Of a stretch of DNA of 64,000 bases, positions 38,775-50,480 are shown in pieces. The stretch is from Callorhinchus milii (Eukaryota): the NCBI RefSeq assembly GCF_018977255.1, contig NW_024704743.1, forward strand, positions 23,810,001 to 23,874,000. The letters run 5' to 3'. Position numbers and translations under genes: made by a program. The notes beneath the pieces were generated by a model, which worked only from the letters and a program-made list of their open reading frames with translations, searched no databases and was not told the DNA's origin. How positions within the stretch are numbered: position 1 is the first letter of the stretch; each line of letters begins with the position of its first letter.

Positions 38775-40250
38775 GGTGGCGGGGGGACGGAGGAGTCGGG
38801 ATGTGGTGGAAAACAGTAGCCTGGGGTTGTTCTTCGCCTCCAGGATTATCCTGGAGTAGAAGGACGACTTGGCCGAGGCTAGAGTGGAGCGGTAAATTTT
38901 GAGGAGGTCCAGCCAGATTTGTCGGTGGACCGTTAAGCCGGATTTGACAAAGGTGCGCTCAGCAGCCCGCACCTGGCATTTCAGTGAGCGGAGGTGGGTG
39001 GTGTACCAGGGGGAGGAGCGGGAGTAGGAGACAGTGCGGGAAGTGATGGGGGCAAGAGTATCGAGTGTGGAGGAGAGGATATTGTGGAGGAGGGAGAGAG
39101 GAGAAGAGGGGTCGGTGAGGGTTGAAGGCCAGAGGGAGAGGAGTTCAGAGGACTCCAAGGCATCGGTTAGGGATTGTGGGGGTAACTTCTTCCAAGGGCG
39201 GTAGAAGATGGTGGTGGGTCTGGTGGAGGTGGGGAGGGGGGTGGAGGTGGTGAAGGAGATGAAGTAGTGGTCGGAGATGGCCTTGTCGGTAATAGTGACA
39301 TCCGAGACACTGAGGCCCCGGGTGATCACCAAATCGAGTGGGTGGCCGTGACTGTGAGTGGGGGAGTTTATGTGTAGGGAAAGGTTGAGTGAGGAGAGCA
39401 GGGAAGAGAAGTCTGTGGAGATGGAGCAGGAGGGGGTGAAGTGTAGGTTAAAGTCGCCCAGGATGATGAGGCGATCAGAGCAGAGGCAAAGAGATGTGAG
39501 GAGTGTTGAAATGTCAGAGATGAAGGTGGGAGAGGTTTTAGGGGGCCGGTAGAGGAGGAGGATTTTAAGGGAGAGGAATGAGGGGTGGGAGAGGGTGAGG
39601 TGCTCGAAGGAGGGGAAAGAGCCAGTGGAGTAGGGGGATAGGGCAAGTGGTGTCCTTGAGATAAGGGCAACACCACCGCCACGGCGGTTGGGGCGGGGGA
39701 TGTGGTGGGAGGTGTAGCCGGGTGGCGTGGCCTCCGTGAGGGGGAAGGTGTCGCCTGGGGTGAGCCACGTTTCTGTCAAGGCCATGATATCAACGTTCTC
39801 ATCAAGGATGAGATCGTTGATGACCAGGGCCTTGTTGCAGAGGGAGCGGACATTTTGCAGTCCGATGTGGAGGGAGCGGTTGACAGAAGGGTGTGTGGGA
39901 GGGGAGGGGGGTCCAGGTTGTGAGGCAGGGGTGGGGGAGATGGGGATGAGGGAGGAGAGGTTGACTCCCCGGGTCTGTGTCCGGGGTGGCTGGCGAGAGT
40001 GGTGGGGAATGGGGCAGTCGGTGTGGCTGCTGCTGGACAGCCAACGCCGAGTGCCACGGTGAGCCCGGCGGAGGATTCCCAGACTGGAACAGAGGGAGGT
40101 TGTGGGAGGGTCAAGTGGGGATAGAAGACGAGAGGGACGGAGAGAGAGGAGGAGAGAGCGGGAGAGATGCAGAGGGGGGAGGGTTTGGGGGGAGAGAGGA
40201 GGGGGGAGGGAGGGAGGGGGTGAGGGGGCTCGGGTCAAAGCGGCAGCCAT
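38775..40250 (-). CDS. L2 ORF2, N-terminal part: APE-type endonuclease (upstream of the frameshift)
   Basis: ORF 38562-40259 with ATG at 40250. Motifs QNVRSL, LTETW, GGGVA, YRPP, ILGDFN, LDLV, SDH. Confidence 0.9.
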
Positions 40251-40381
40251 AGTGCGCACGCGGGGACCGGGAGCGAGCGGTCAGGTGGATGGCATTATCC
40301 CGCAGATTGGGGCATCGAACCCAACAGGACCATAGTGGGCTCTGATGTGAGCCCTGGGGTGGGGGGGGGGGGGGCGCGGAG

Positions 40382-40415
<34 letters not shown>

Positions 40416-41450
40416 TGCGCGCGCACTCACCTGAAAACTAATCTATGACGTCGCAGTTCCCCCGCTCCGCCCCCACACCTCCCTCCCCTCCCGAGCTGCA
40501 CTCGCTCCGGCGTCGAGTTTAAGTACCTGGGTCAGTAGGCCTCCTCCTCCTCAGTTATAACAAATTCATTGTTATAAAAAACACTTTTATGGTTTTCTGT
40601 TTTCCACCTACAACATTCACATAAAACTAGCCATAACTCCTTGGCTCTCAAGTACACAAACTGGTGAAAGAGGAGGGAGTTTCTCCCGGTGTTCTACCCC
40701 AAAATCCCCCAGATAAAAAGTGGTCATTCCCTTTTTATTTTTTCATGGGGCTTTGCTGTGCTCAAATTGGCTGCCAAAAAATACAGTCGCTGCACTCTGC
40801 AGTAAAATCCTGTGAGGCACTTTTGAGACATTTTGACAATGTGATAAGGCACTATATCAAATGCAAAATTGTTATAATTGTATGCATTTATGCAGTTAGC
40901 AGCTTCAGTACTGTGGCCAAGCAGGCAGGTTGTTAATCTCTGGATCACTATGTGCCTGCCTGACTTTGGCAGATGTGCACGCTCGGAGCCAGAGAGAGCT
41001 TGACCTCACTTTACTCCCCTCCGAGGAGCAGATTTGCCTAATATCTCAAAACGGAGAAAGGTTGAGTGGACCCACCAGCATTCAAGCTTCTAATCCAATG
41101 CTCAACCGGCTGAGCTATCCTGTATCTTACCTCGGGGGGCGGGGGGGGGATTCAATTCTGCTCATTAGGGAACTCCAAAATTTGGAGAGCTTTGGTGACG
41201 GTTCCAGCACAGATTTTTTTTCGCTTCTGAATAAACATTTTCTTCTATAGCTTTGATTTTTTTGATGTCATTTTCTCCAATTTTATCTCCTCTTCCTGAT
41301 ATCTTGACTGCAGAGAATCAAAGCAGGAGACTCTTTCACCTCCCCACCTCCTCCTATTTCCATATGTAAGTGCCAGTTACTCAACTCATTGCCCCCTGTC
41401 CTCCGTCCCCGACCCAAAAATTCAATATGTCCAGAAACACTGGCACGAGC

Positions 41451-41743
41451 ATGGATTCTTGTAGCATATTGGTTAGAGCACTCACCTCACAAGCGGGAGG
41501 ACCTGGGGTCGATTCCAGGGCAGGGCGAAACCTTTTGCAATTTTCTTTGCTCCACATGCTCTTTCCAGGGGTAATAATCCCTTTTTTGAAAAATGTGGTT
41601 ACTCAATCCACAGCATGTATGTGCTACACTGCTGTGCGCAATTAGCTGCCGTGTTATACCCCAAAAATATACACTCAATTCAATTTATAGTATATTCATC
41701 TCAACAACTTGATAAGGCACTATATCAAATGCAAGAATTATTA
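41451..41743 (+). mobile_element. SINE family A, diverged
   Basis: Degenerate head, body and tail. Confidence 0.8.
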
Positions 41744-42519
41744 TGCATTATACTTAACATGATTCCACCAACTGGTTTACTCATTCTCCACATTACAATG
41801 CTCACAATAAACATCGTCACAAAATGCTCTGTAGCATCGCCTCTCTATGAGATTCTTATCAATAAAAAAGACTCCCACCCTATGCATTATATTAGTTTGC
41901 AAAAACTGCCAAACAACGAATTCATCTTTTGTCTTGCCTCACTATGGTTATAGTAATACATTCCTGTCAGTTTGTAATCCTAAGTGTTCTTGAGAGTTGG
42001 TGAAGCGTGGTAGATGGTATTTGCCACGCTCTTTCAACCGTGAATAATCTTGATGGCAGCCATGTGTAAATACAGGAGCCAGTCTAACCCCCACGCTCCA
42101 ACCCCCCACCCCGTATTGCTTGCTAAAGAGGTAAACGCGGATTAATGAACCGCCTCGCTGCTTCAGATAATGAGGGAACCATCTTAAACCGTCTTTCCAT
42201 TTTGTTAAGTGCCACTGTTGTGAGTTGCAAATGTCGCCTGCTCTTCAGTGGAGTCAGTGCTGTCTTTATTACAGTGTAATGTGAAGTCTGGCCAGACTGT
42301 GGCTTTCCTACCAGAGCTACATGCATTGAATTACAATATGTTTTACTTTGAGCTGTCAATGCCAGTTTGTCATAAGCAGTAAAAAGCCACAAAGTCTTGT
42401 AGCTAGTCCACTGGGTCAGTTTTGAAGATGTCCTGAATCTAAATAGAATCAACTTAACGGGTTGGAGGGAGTAAAATGTGGGTGTGATGTCTGATGTGGT
42501 TTTCTGCTTTACTACACTG

Positions 42520-43040
42520 TATTAATGATGGACTGTATGACACGTGACACTAATAGTGGACTGGATTAATCTGAGTTAATGGTGGACTGGATTACACCAT
42601 GTTAATGTTGGACTGGACTGCATCATATTAATCTTTGCAAATCCAACACCTTGGGACGTCCTCTTGACTTGAAAGGCGCTATACTACAATAACAACAACT
42701 TGCACTTATACATATCCCTCCATTCAGGGTAGCGTCTCAGAGTGCTTAACAGTGGCAGAGCTGACTCTTGAGTCGGGGGGGTGGGGAAGGTGGGGGGAGG
42801 TGACCATAAACATGGTCGAAAAGGAAGATTGTCAAGCAGGACTTGAAAACAACAATAATAAAATTACATTTGTATAGCACCTTTCACGTCGGGAGGACGT
42901 CCCAAGGCGCTGAAAGGGGAGCGACGGGCAAGGCGGGAGGGTTGAGGTTCAAATGAGGTTCAAGTGTTCAAATATAATTTGTTGTTGTTGATAATAGTAG
43001 ACTGTACTGCACCATGTTAATGGTAGACTGGACTTCAGCG
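42520..43040 (+). repeat. About 26-bp minisatellite split by L2 ends
   Basis: Unit ttaatggtggactggactgcaccatg at 42520-42632 and 42991-43040. Confidence 0.7.
42645..42990. mobile_element. Cluster of three nested L2 3' ends
   Basis: + strand stem-loop at 42650-42684 whose tail resumes at about 42970; two minus-strand L2 ends lie between. Confidence 0.7.
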
Positions 43041-43321
43041 TGCAATTCTGCACTTCAATGTTCTGTAGCATGCTGTACCTCACAGTGTTTGGTGTGTTTT
43101 ACAGTAGTGTGTTGTGCTGTCGTGTGGTGCATTGGGGGGTGGTGTGCTGGACCATGCTGTGATGTGCTTTGTTAAATGCCAGCAGACATTTATTCAAACT
43201 TCTGATTTATTTTGACTAAATTGACAGTCTCACCAGGTGCTCCAGAGGGAAAATGAAGATTGTGGCAGAATAGGTAGAGTTTCATTCTGCATTTTTGTCC
43301 CATATTAAACCTGACCAGAGG

Positions 43322-43743
43322 AGGCCTGAAATTCAGTCTATCTTAGACAATAAGACTATTTCGTCTTAAGTTTTACGATTGCGTAGATTTGCAAAAAAAA
43401 ATTACATTTGGTCTTAAATTAGAAAAGGGTTGTTTTTAACAACTATGGTAAAACATTTTGCAGTTTAAGATTGAATTTAAGAATTTTGCACAGTTCTACG
43501 CTATCCTAAAATTTAAGACAGAATTGTTATTGGCTAAGACTCAGTGACATAATAATAATAATCCTTGCATTTGATAGAACGCCTTATCACATCTTCAACT
43601 TGTCTCAGAGCACTTCGTAGAATATACTGTAAAGTGAATTGACTGTATATTTTGTGGGAGGAATGCAGCAGCCAATTGTGCTCAACAGTGCCCCACAAAT
43701 AGTCGCGGATTGAGTGAATTTATTTATTTATTATTTCAGGCCT
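43322..43743. mobile_element. MITE-like non-autonomous DNA element with a SINE piece nested at about 43551-43735
   Basis: Terminal inverted repeats AGGCCTGAAAT/ATTTCAGGCCT and an internally palindromic AT-rich body. Confidence 0.7.
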
Positions 43744-45114
43744 GAAGTGCTCAGTCCTGGCTCCGATGTCCCATTGCTCAGTGTAGAATCTCTTAATATG
43801 ATAAACTTCCCTGCTCCCCGTGCTTTAATGACAATTTATCTTAACAGTAATATCAAAGGGGATCCAGATGATTGGCGAAACCATTAACATTGTGTCACAT
43901 AGAGAATATTGGTGGTATCAAAATAATACTAATTCTCATTTAAGTGGACATACCAGTTTTAACGTTTAATTGTCCAAAATGACATTTTGGACAGTACTGT
44001 GTCTGTCCTTGCTGAGATTGTGCTTATTCGCTGACTCCACAGCCCATTTCAGACCAAAGAGGTCATTGTGTGGCTGCCATATGTTGGGAATTATATAAGA
44101 GGAAATCTGACACTGATCTGCCTTAGTTTGTAAATTCAGAGTCCTCTTCTTAAGAGTAAACCAGCCTGATATTTGTCAAAAATTGTTGAATGCAACATTT
44201 TCACCCTGCCTTGAACCCTGGACATTCATTAATAATGTTTCCTGTGCTGTAATCCCGAAATGACTCTTGTGAGTGTTTCCTGCGCTTTCCAGTGCTCCCT
44301 AATCCCCCCTCCGCAATTCCCACATAATCATCCCACTTCGCAAATGTCTTTTCTCCTGAAGATCCTGAATGTGTCTAAGAAGACAAGAATCTCCTCAGGT
44401 TGTTCTGACTTATCCCTGACTGGCAGTCCTTGTTTGCAGATGAGAATTGCTATCTGTTTTACCAATGCAACCAGTAGACTTTGAACCCTTAACAATGCAT
44501 TGAGTCTCCAAGATAATTCGGCCTCACATTTAGAGCTTTGAAGTTAAAAACAGAGCCCAAAGCTAGAGTTTGCTCATTACACAGCCAAGGTTTTCTGTTT
44601 TGAAGTATATTACTGGAATCATTTTGTTCTGTATACTTGGCGTGTGCTGGAGCTGAGTCATTTAACTGTTGAAACTCACTACAGTTTAGCAATTCACCAA
44701 ATTGTGTTACTCAGATCAGAGGGGATGGTGTCTGCACCAGCAACTAATTCAAGTGAGATCAATGGAGTTCTCTGATTTTTTTTATACATTTATTGCCTTT
44801 GGCTCCCATCACTGAGGTCAGCAGTGTTACTGGCCAGTAGAGAATGCCACCAAGACTGGTAAATTTACTGATCGCGGGAGAATCATCACAATGCCTGTTA
44901 TTCGCTGAGTGATATAACTGTTAGATAACCACAGATACCACAAGATGCACAACTTATGAGTTGTGGATGCTCTGGAAGATTAGGATATGAAGGCTGGTTA
45001 TTGGTTTATTGTTAGGACTGAAGTCAGCAATAAACGTGGTAGTGCAAAGAGTGCAAAGTTAGTAAAGAGCAAGTGTCCAACAATAGGGTAAAATTTATTC
45101 TAGTCGATAATCAG

Positions 45115-45690
45115 CAGCAACAACAACAGCAGCAAAATTACATTTGTATAGCGCCCTTCACATCGTGCGGACGTCCCAAGGCGCTAGACAGACAGAGTTA
45201 CCGACCCAAGCTGGGGGTGGGGGAGGGTGGAGGGCAGTGGGGGAAGCAGGGAGATTGAAAGCATGGTCAAAGAGGAGGGTCTTGAAGGTGGCGAGGGAGG
45301 AGGCGAGATGGAGGGACTGCGGGGTGGAGTTCCAGAGGGTGGGTGCAGAATGGCGGAAGGCCTGCCCACCGATAGTGGGGCGAGCAAGGCGGGGGACGTG
45401 AATCAGGCCAGAGCCCGCTGAGCCGAGAGAGCGAACAGGGTGATAGGAGGTTAGGAAGTCGGAGAGGTAGGTAGGAGCAAGACCATAAAGGGCTTTGAAA
45501 GTGAGGACACAGGATCTTGAACTGTATCCACTGTGTGATGGGAAACCAGTGGAGTTGGGCAAGGATGGGGGTGATAGGGTCGCAGAGGACACAGGCTGCA
45601 GAGTTCTGGATCACCTGCAGCCTGTGGGGAGAGAAATTGGGGAGGCCGACAAGCAGTGAGTTTGCATAGTCAAGCCTCGATGTAACGAAG
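45115..45690 (-). mobile_element. 5'-truncated L2 fragment
   Basis: ORFs 45158-45592 and 45267-45614 give IQNSAA, LHWFP, FKALYGLAPTYL, RPTIGG; CAA/CAG tail on the + strand. Confidence 0.9.
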
Positions 45691-47217
45691 CAGTAGTATT
45701 AATTAGCTGTGCTTAGTCTCAAGCACTTTGGGACCCTACCCCATGTGAAGGGTGCTAAATAAATGCAACTTGTTGTTGAAACAAAACAAAAGATTCCTAT
45801 GAAACAAAGACGCTAAGTGAGCACGAGGTGGCAACGCCCATTCCCGGAGCCCTGGCTCCCGCTGACTCTCAGCATTCTCACTGCCATTTTTTTGATATGA
45901 TATTGAGTGTTATTCTGATAAGAGTTTGAGGTTCCCAGCTACGGCCAAGGTTCTCAGTCCAGACTGACATTACAGTGCAGGACTGGGGGAAGTGCTGCTT
46001 TATCAGATGTATTGTCTTTTGGATGAGACTTCAAACAACAACAAATAATTGCATTTACATAGCACCTTTTATGTTTGGAGGATGGGAATCTATTAAACGT
46101 AAGTGGATGTATAAGATCCCTTTTCATTGTTTGAAAAGAGAAGTGTGTTTCTCCCTGTGTCCTGGTCAACAAACTCCAGACTGATTTAAAAAAAATAGTG
46201 TAGCATGGCTGTTTGTAGGACCTTGCTGATCATAATAATAATAATTCTTGCATTTAATATAGCGCCTTATCACATCTTCGCGATGATGCCAAATCACAGC
46301 CTCTTTTGCCCTCAAACCGGTCATTACATTTCATAATGATGACTTTGAGAATGTTCATTCGACCTACCATCCATTTTTCACCAGTGTTACTTGGAAGCCG
46401 ATAGTCTAAGCAAATTCAGAAGGAAACGGGAGAGCTATCAGTAAAGAAATTGATTTGAGAGATCAAATTTAGCTGAGAAATCATAAATTCTCCGAAACAA
46501 AGGTCCCATATAAATATAAATGCCGTTGTTATTTTTGAGAGTGGGTAGTGTAGAATTTTGTTTTAGTTTGGGACTGGCTAGATGAACCGCAGTGGTATAT
46601 GGATATACCTCCTGTCCATTCCTGTTTTCCTGAAACGTTATTGGCTGTCTCTGATTTAATGAACAGGATTAACTAACTCACCTTTGTTTATTGAGTCATA
46701 TTTGGGCATAGCATTGGAATATGAATAGCATCTTTAGTATGCATGTCAGGTCTCGTCATTGATAATTATATACAATATCCATGAGAATAAGTGATTGTAA
46801 TTTGATGAGCGTTTGGTCCACACAAAAAAATGTTCTGAGAGCAGCTTTTAATGAACTCCAACCTCACACCGACTCCTTAAAATAGAACATTCATCAAAGG
46901 CAAATCAACAAAGGATGTTTGAAGTATTGGCATTTGACGAGGCTTTCTTATCTTTAAATGTAATCCTACCCTCTGCGGGACTGACGTTGGACATTTTATG
47001 TTAATGCGCTTTACTTCTTCTAACAACCAATAGCGTAAATAGTCTAAGATCAGGTTTTGGCAAGAGAAAAATCAATTGTGGCATTCAGTTTCTTCAGTAC
47101 CTTTGTGTTTGTTACATGATTATTATTGCTGGCTACAATTTGTATATCACCAAAAAGTGCACTTATGGACAGGAATAAGGGTGAACCTCCCCCATGATGA
47201 TGGTTTAGCCTGAAACC

Positions 47218-47650
47218 ACTCTATCTATCCATCCATCCAACTCGCTCTCTATCTAACTTGTTCGCTATCTCTGTATCTAACTTTCTCTATCTTAACTCAT
47301 TTTCTATCTCTTTATCTAACGCGCTCTCTTTGTACCTCAATTTATCGAACTCCCTCCATCTAACTTGCTCTATCTCTTGTTCTCTATCTACTCTATCTAA
47401 ATCACTGTATCTCTCGCTCTCTGTCTAACTCTCTCTAACTTTTGCTCTCTATCTAACTTGTTGTCTGTCCAACTCACTCTCCATCTAACTTGCTCACTAT
47501 CCCTCACGCTCTATCTCTCACTCTATCTCTTGCTCTCTATCTACATTGTTTTCTATCTAACTTGCTCTCTTTCTCTCTATTTAACTTATCCTCTACATAA
47601 TTATATATCTATCCCTTTTTCTCTTCTCTTTCGTCTCTCGCTTTTCTCTC
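47218..47650 (+). repeat. CT-rich low-complexity/degenerate tctatctaactygctc repeat
   Basis: Directly visible. Confidence 0.85.
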
Positions 47651-48254
47651 TTAAACATACAAGTAGATTCCTTATTTATGATGGCTTCCTGGGGTAATGC
47701 ATTTCACATTCTACATTCTAATCTACAGCTCTCTGTGTGAAGATTAGGTCTGATTTCATGACAACATCCCTTGTATTGATGTATTTGGTGACTGGCCCCT
47801 GTAAAGAAAGGTGATCCGAACACAGCTCTTTCTGATTAGCAATTCACTTCTGCTTCAGCAAAGTGTTAGTTTCTGCCAGACCTCAGTGATCAAAAATGTA
47901 ACTTATTCAGCACCAGTGTGCAAACACGTCCGATGGAAATGATGATTTGAATTCCATGGCTGGACTACACACAGGACTGCGCCCTTTTCCAGCACCCTCT
48001 ATCTCTTCCTGCTGATCGCACAAAATCCCATTCCTTATCATAACTGAAGACTAGCTTCAGTAGTGGAGTCTTTAAAGTTGCAGAGCTATGACTTTTGTGA
48101 ACTTAACACTTATTGTACACAGCCGGAATGAAAAGTCTGATAGGAACAGATTGGGAGGTGTGGGGAGGGGGAGAGGGCAATTTGTAATTTGTGCAAACCA
48201 AAGGTGAACACATGTACAAAGACAATTATTGACCAACAATGAAGAGGCTTCCAG

Positions 48255-48465
48255 AGGCCTGAATTCAATTTGCTCTTAGTCTATAATATTGTTTTGTCTA
48301 AAAAAAGTACGTTGGCAAAGAATCGTGGAAAATTCTTAAGTTTAGTCTTACACAGGTACTTTGTAAGAACTGTGAAAAATGGCTTCTAAATTGGGAGCAA
48401 ATTGAAGGATTTTCCACAATTCTGTGCAATCTTACATTTTAAGACAAAATTAGTGACTATTTTCC
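48255..48465. mobile_element. MITE-like element, same family
   Basis: Starts aggcctgaattca; contains gtggaaaattcttaa, ggcttctaaatt and ttttccacaattctgtgcaat. Confidence 0.6.
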
Positions 48466-48830
48466 TTGGGGGAGATAAGCAGGGTGTCCTTAGAGCTGAA
48501 CTAGCAACGGAATGTCAGAATCGAGCCAGCCCTCTCTGGGGGTCTTGGTAGTCCGGTTCCTGAGCTAGGCGAACAGACCATTCACTGGGGTCAAGGAATC
48601 ATTGCACTCAGCTTCTGTTAACCCTGCACGTCAAAGCCCAAACAGTCAGCAGTAGGAAAGCTTGCCAGACAGTGATATCAATGACAAGCTGTACGGTTTT
48701 AGCTGGTTAGATTCCCAACGGTAGTAGCAGTACCCCAACCCACACTTGGGATCCCCAAGACCTGTCTCTTACCAACCCACGCCTAATACTTTCCAGAATT
48801 AGGTAAGCAGGATGCGTCCCTCAAGGATGT
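48465..48830 (+). repeat. Unclassified interspersed repeat; copies about 17850-18130 (+) and 24280-24610 (-)
   Basis: Shared blocks gttttagctrgttaga, ggrtccccaa and cgcctaatamtytccaraRttaggYaag. Confidence 0.65.
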
Positions 48831-49557
48831 ATTCCTTTCCAACAGTCTGTCTCTCGGATTTCCATGTGCAGGTGGAATATATGGAAATCTCAGTTTGGTT
48901 TGCATACTCCTAAAGATGGTGATGGGTTTCCACGTGTGTCAGACACCCGGTTAACCAAACAAAAGACAGAATGGTCCTACAATCTAAGACAAGGTAGATT
49001 ATGTCAAGAGATTATGTGTACATTTACATTGTTTTAAGTATATAAATAGGTGCCCCTGACAAATTAGACCCCATAAAGTTTTTAACACAGTCATTCTCTA
49101 ACCAGCCCACCATGGCTGACAGTCCACATACCTGTGATCTGAGCTTAGGGCAGCTGTATGTTCCCACCACGTGCCATCTTACTCCACTTCCCAGGCAAGA
49201 CATAGGACAGAAGTATGCTTGATAACCTGCCTGAGATTCCTGTTGCTCTCCTGATCCGGGTGGGGGGAAAGGGTGGAAGTGGAGATGGAGGTAGAGATAA
49301 GAAGGGTAAGGATGCAATGCTGTCTCATTAAAAATGTTTTAAACTGTTCCTTTAAAAGTGTCATGTAAAAGCTACCGCGTGTTGTTTATTTCTTGCAATG
49401 TGTGTGCGTAATACTCTGTGTGATTCTGACAGTGATTTTGTTCCTCTCAAACCCTTGTACTTATGTGTGTGCGTGGTGTTCCTCTGCCTAGACCTGGTAA
49501 ACCATTTCTGTGAGCAGGTCCTCAGTTTTTTGCTTTGTCCCTACTTTCCTACTGTAG

Positions 49558-49807
49558 CCCCGTCCTCCCCTGCTGTTGACTCCGTACCCTTGCAGCGCAC
49601 AACCAGCCAGCATGCCAGCCAGAGCACGGCCACTTACCAGAGAGCCAGCTATGCCACAGGGCCAGTGGGGAATTACGCGGATCCTTACCGGACACTCCAG
49701 TACTGCCCTTCAGTGGACTCGCCGTACAGCAAATCTGGGCCAGCTATTCCGCCTGAAGCTACTTTGGCAAGGTCACCTTCCATCGACAGCATTCAGAAGG
49801 ATCCCAG
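49558..49807 (+). CDS. CTNND2: delta-catenin coding exon, 250 nt; [15 protein letters not shown]...[46 protein letters not shown]
   Basis: ORF 49398-49811. Acceptor ctttcctactgtag, donor AG|gtgagt, phase 1/2. [13 protein letters not shown] immediately precedes ARM repeat 1 in CTNND2/PKP4. Confidence 0.97.
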
Positions 49808-50179
49808 GTGAGTGCTCCATAAATTGCATGTTTTTTTCCACATTTCCTAAGGAGAATGCTGATAAGAAAAGTGTGTGAGAGAGAAAGTCAACCTAGAATT
49901 ATAGAGAAAGATTTATTGGATTATTTCTTCCTTCTCCCCCCCCCCCCCGCCTCCCTCCACCCTTTCTCTCTCATTTATTTCCCATCTTCTTGTCATACGT
50001 ATTTCCCCAGCCAAATAGGCAGAAGATAAAGTCCTCTGGAGCTTTTGCCACTAGGAGGTGCCTAAGAGCAGTTTAGTGTAATTTGCTCCCTCTTATTGGA
50101 AAGCAGGCCATGTGGGCAATCTCAAGGGTGAACCTCACTCTTACTCACGGTGACACAGGTGTCATTTCCCATCTCAGAT

Positions 50180-50480
50180 TATTTCTCTCTCTCTGTGGCA
50201 CAGTGCCTCACTCCCTCTCTCTCTCTGTGTGACAGTACATTACTCTCTTGATGACACATTGAATCATTCCCACTCATGGTAACGTAGAGCAGCACCCCCT
50301 CTCTCAGTGACGGTGTGCATCATTCCCATTCTTAGTCACACGAGGCCTCATTTCCTCTCTGTGTGACAGTACATTATTCAATCTCGGTGACTCAGTGAAT
50401 CATTCGCACTGTCAGACACAGTGCATCACTCCCTCGCTCAGCGACACAGTGCATCACTCTTTCTCTCAGATACACAGTGC
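50180..50480 (+). repeat. Degenerate minisatellite (gacacagtgcatcactccctctctca-like)
   Basis: About 10 imperfect units of 26-28 bp. Confidence 0.65.

Larger units (their letters stand above)
36843..40555 (-). mobile_element. Near-full-length L2-clade non-LTR retrotransposon, single-ORF type, antisense to host gene
   Basis: APE endonuclease plus RT coding region, 3' stem-loop AGCGCCTTGGGACGTCCTCCTGACGTGAAAGGCGCT, (TTG)n tail, GC-rich 5' leader of about 300 bp, no ORF1. Confidence 0.95.

Noticed and set aside
23420..49807. Assignment to PKP4/p0071 or ARVCF
   Set aside because: [35 protein letters not shown] and the exon sizes fit CTNND2 better.
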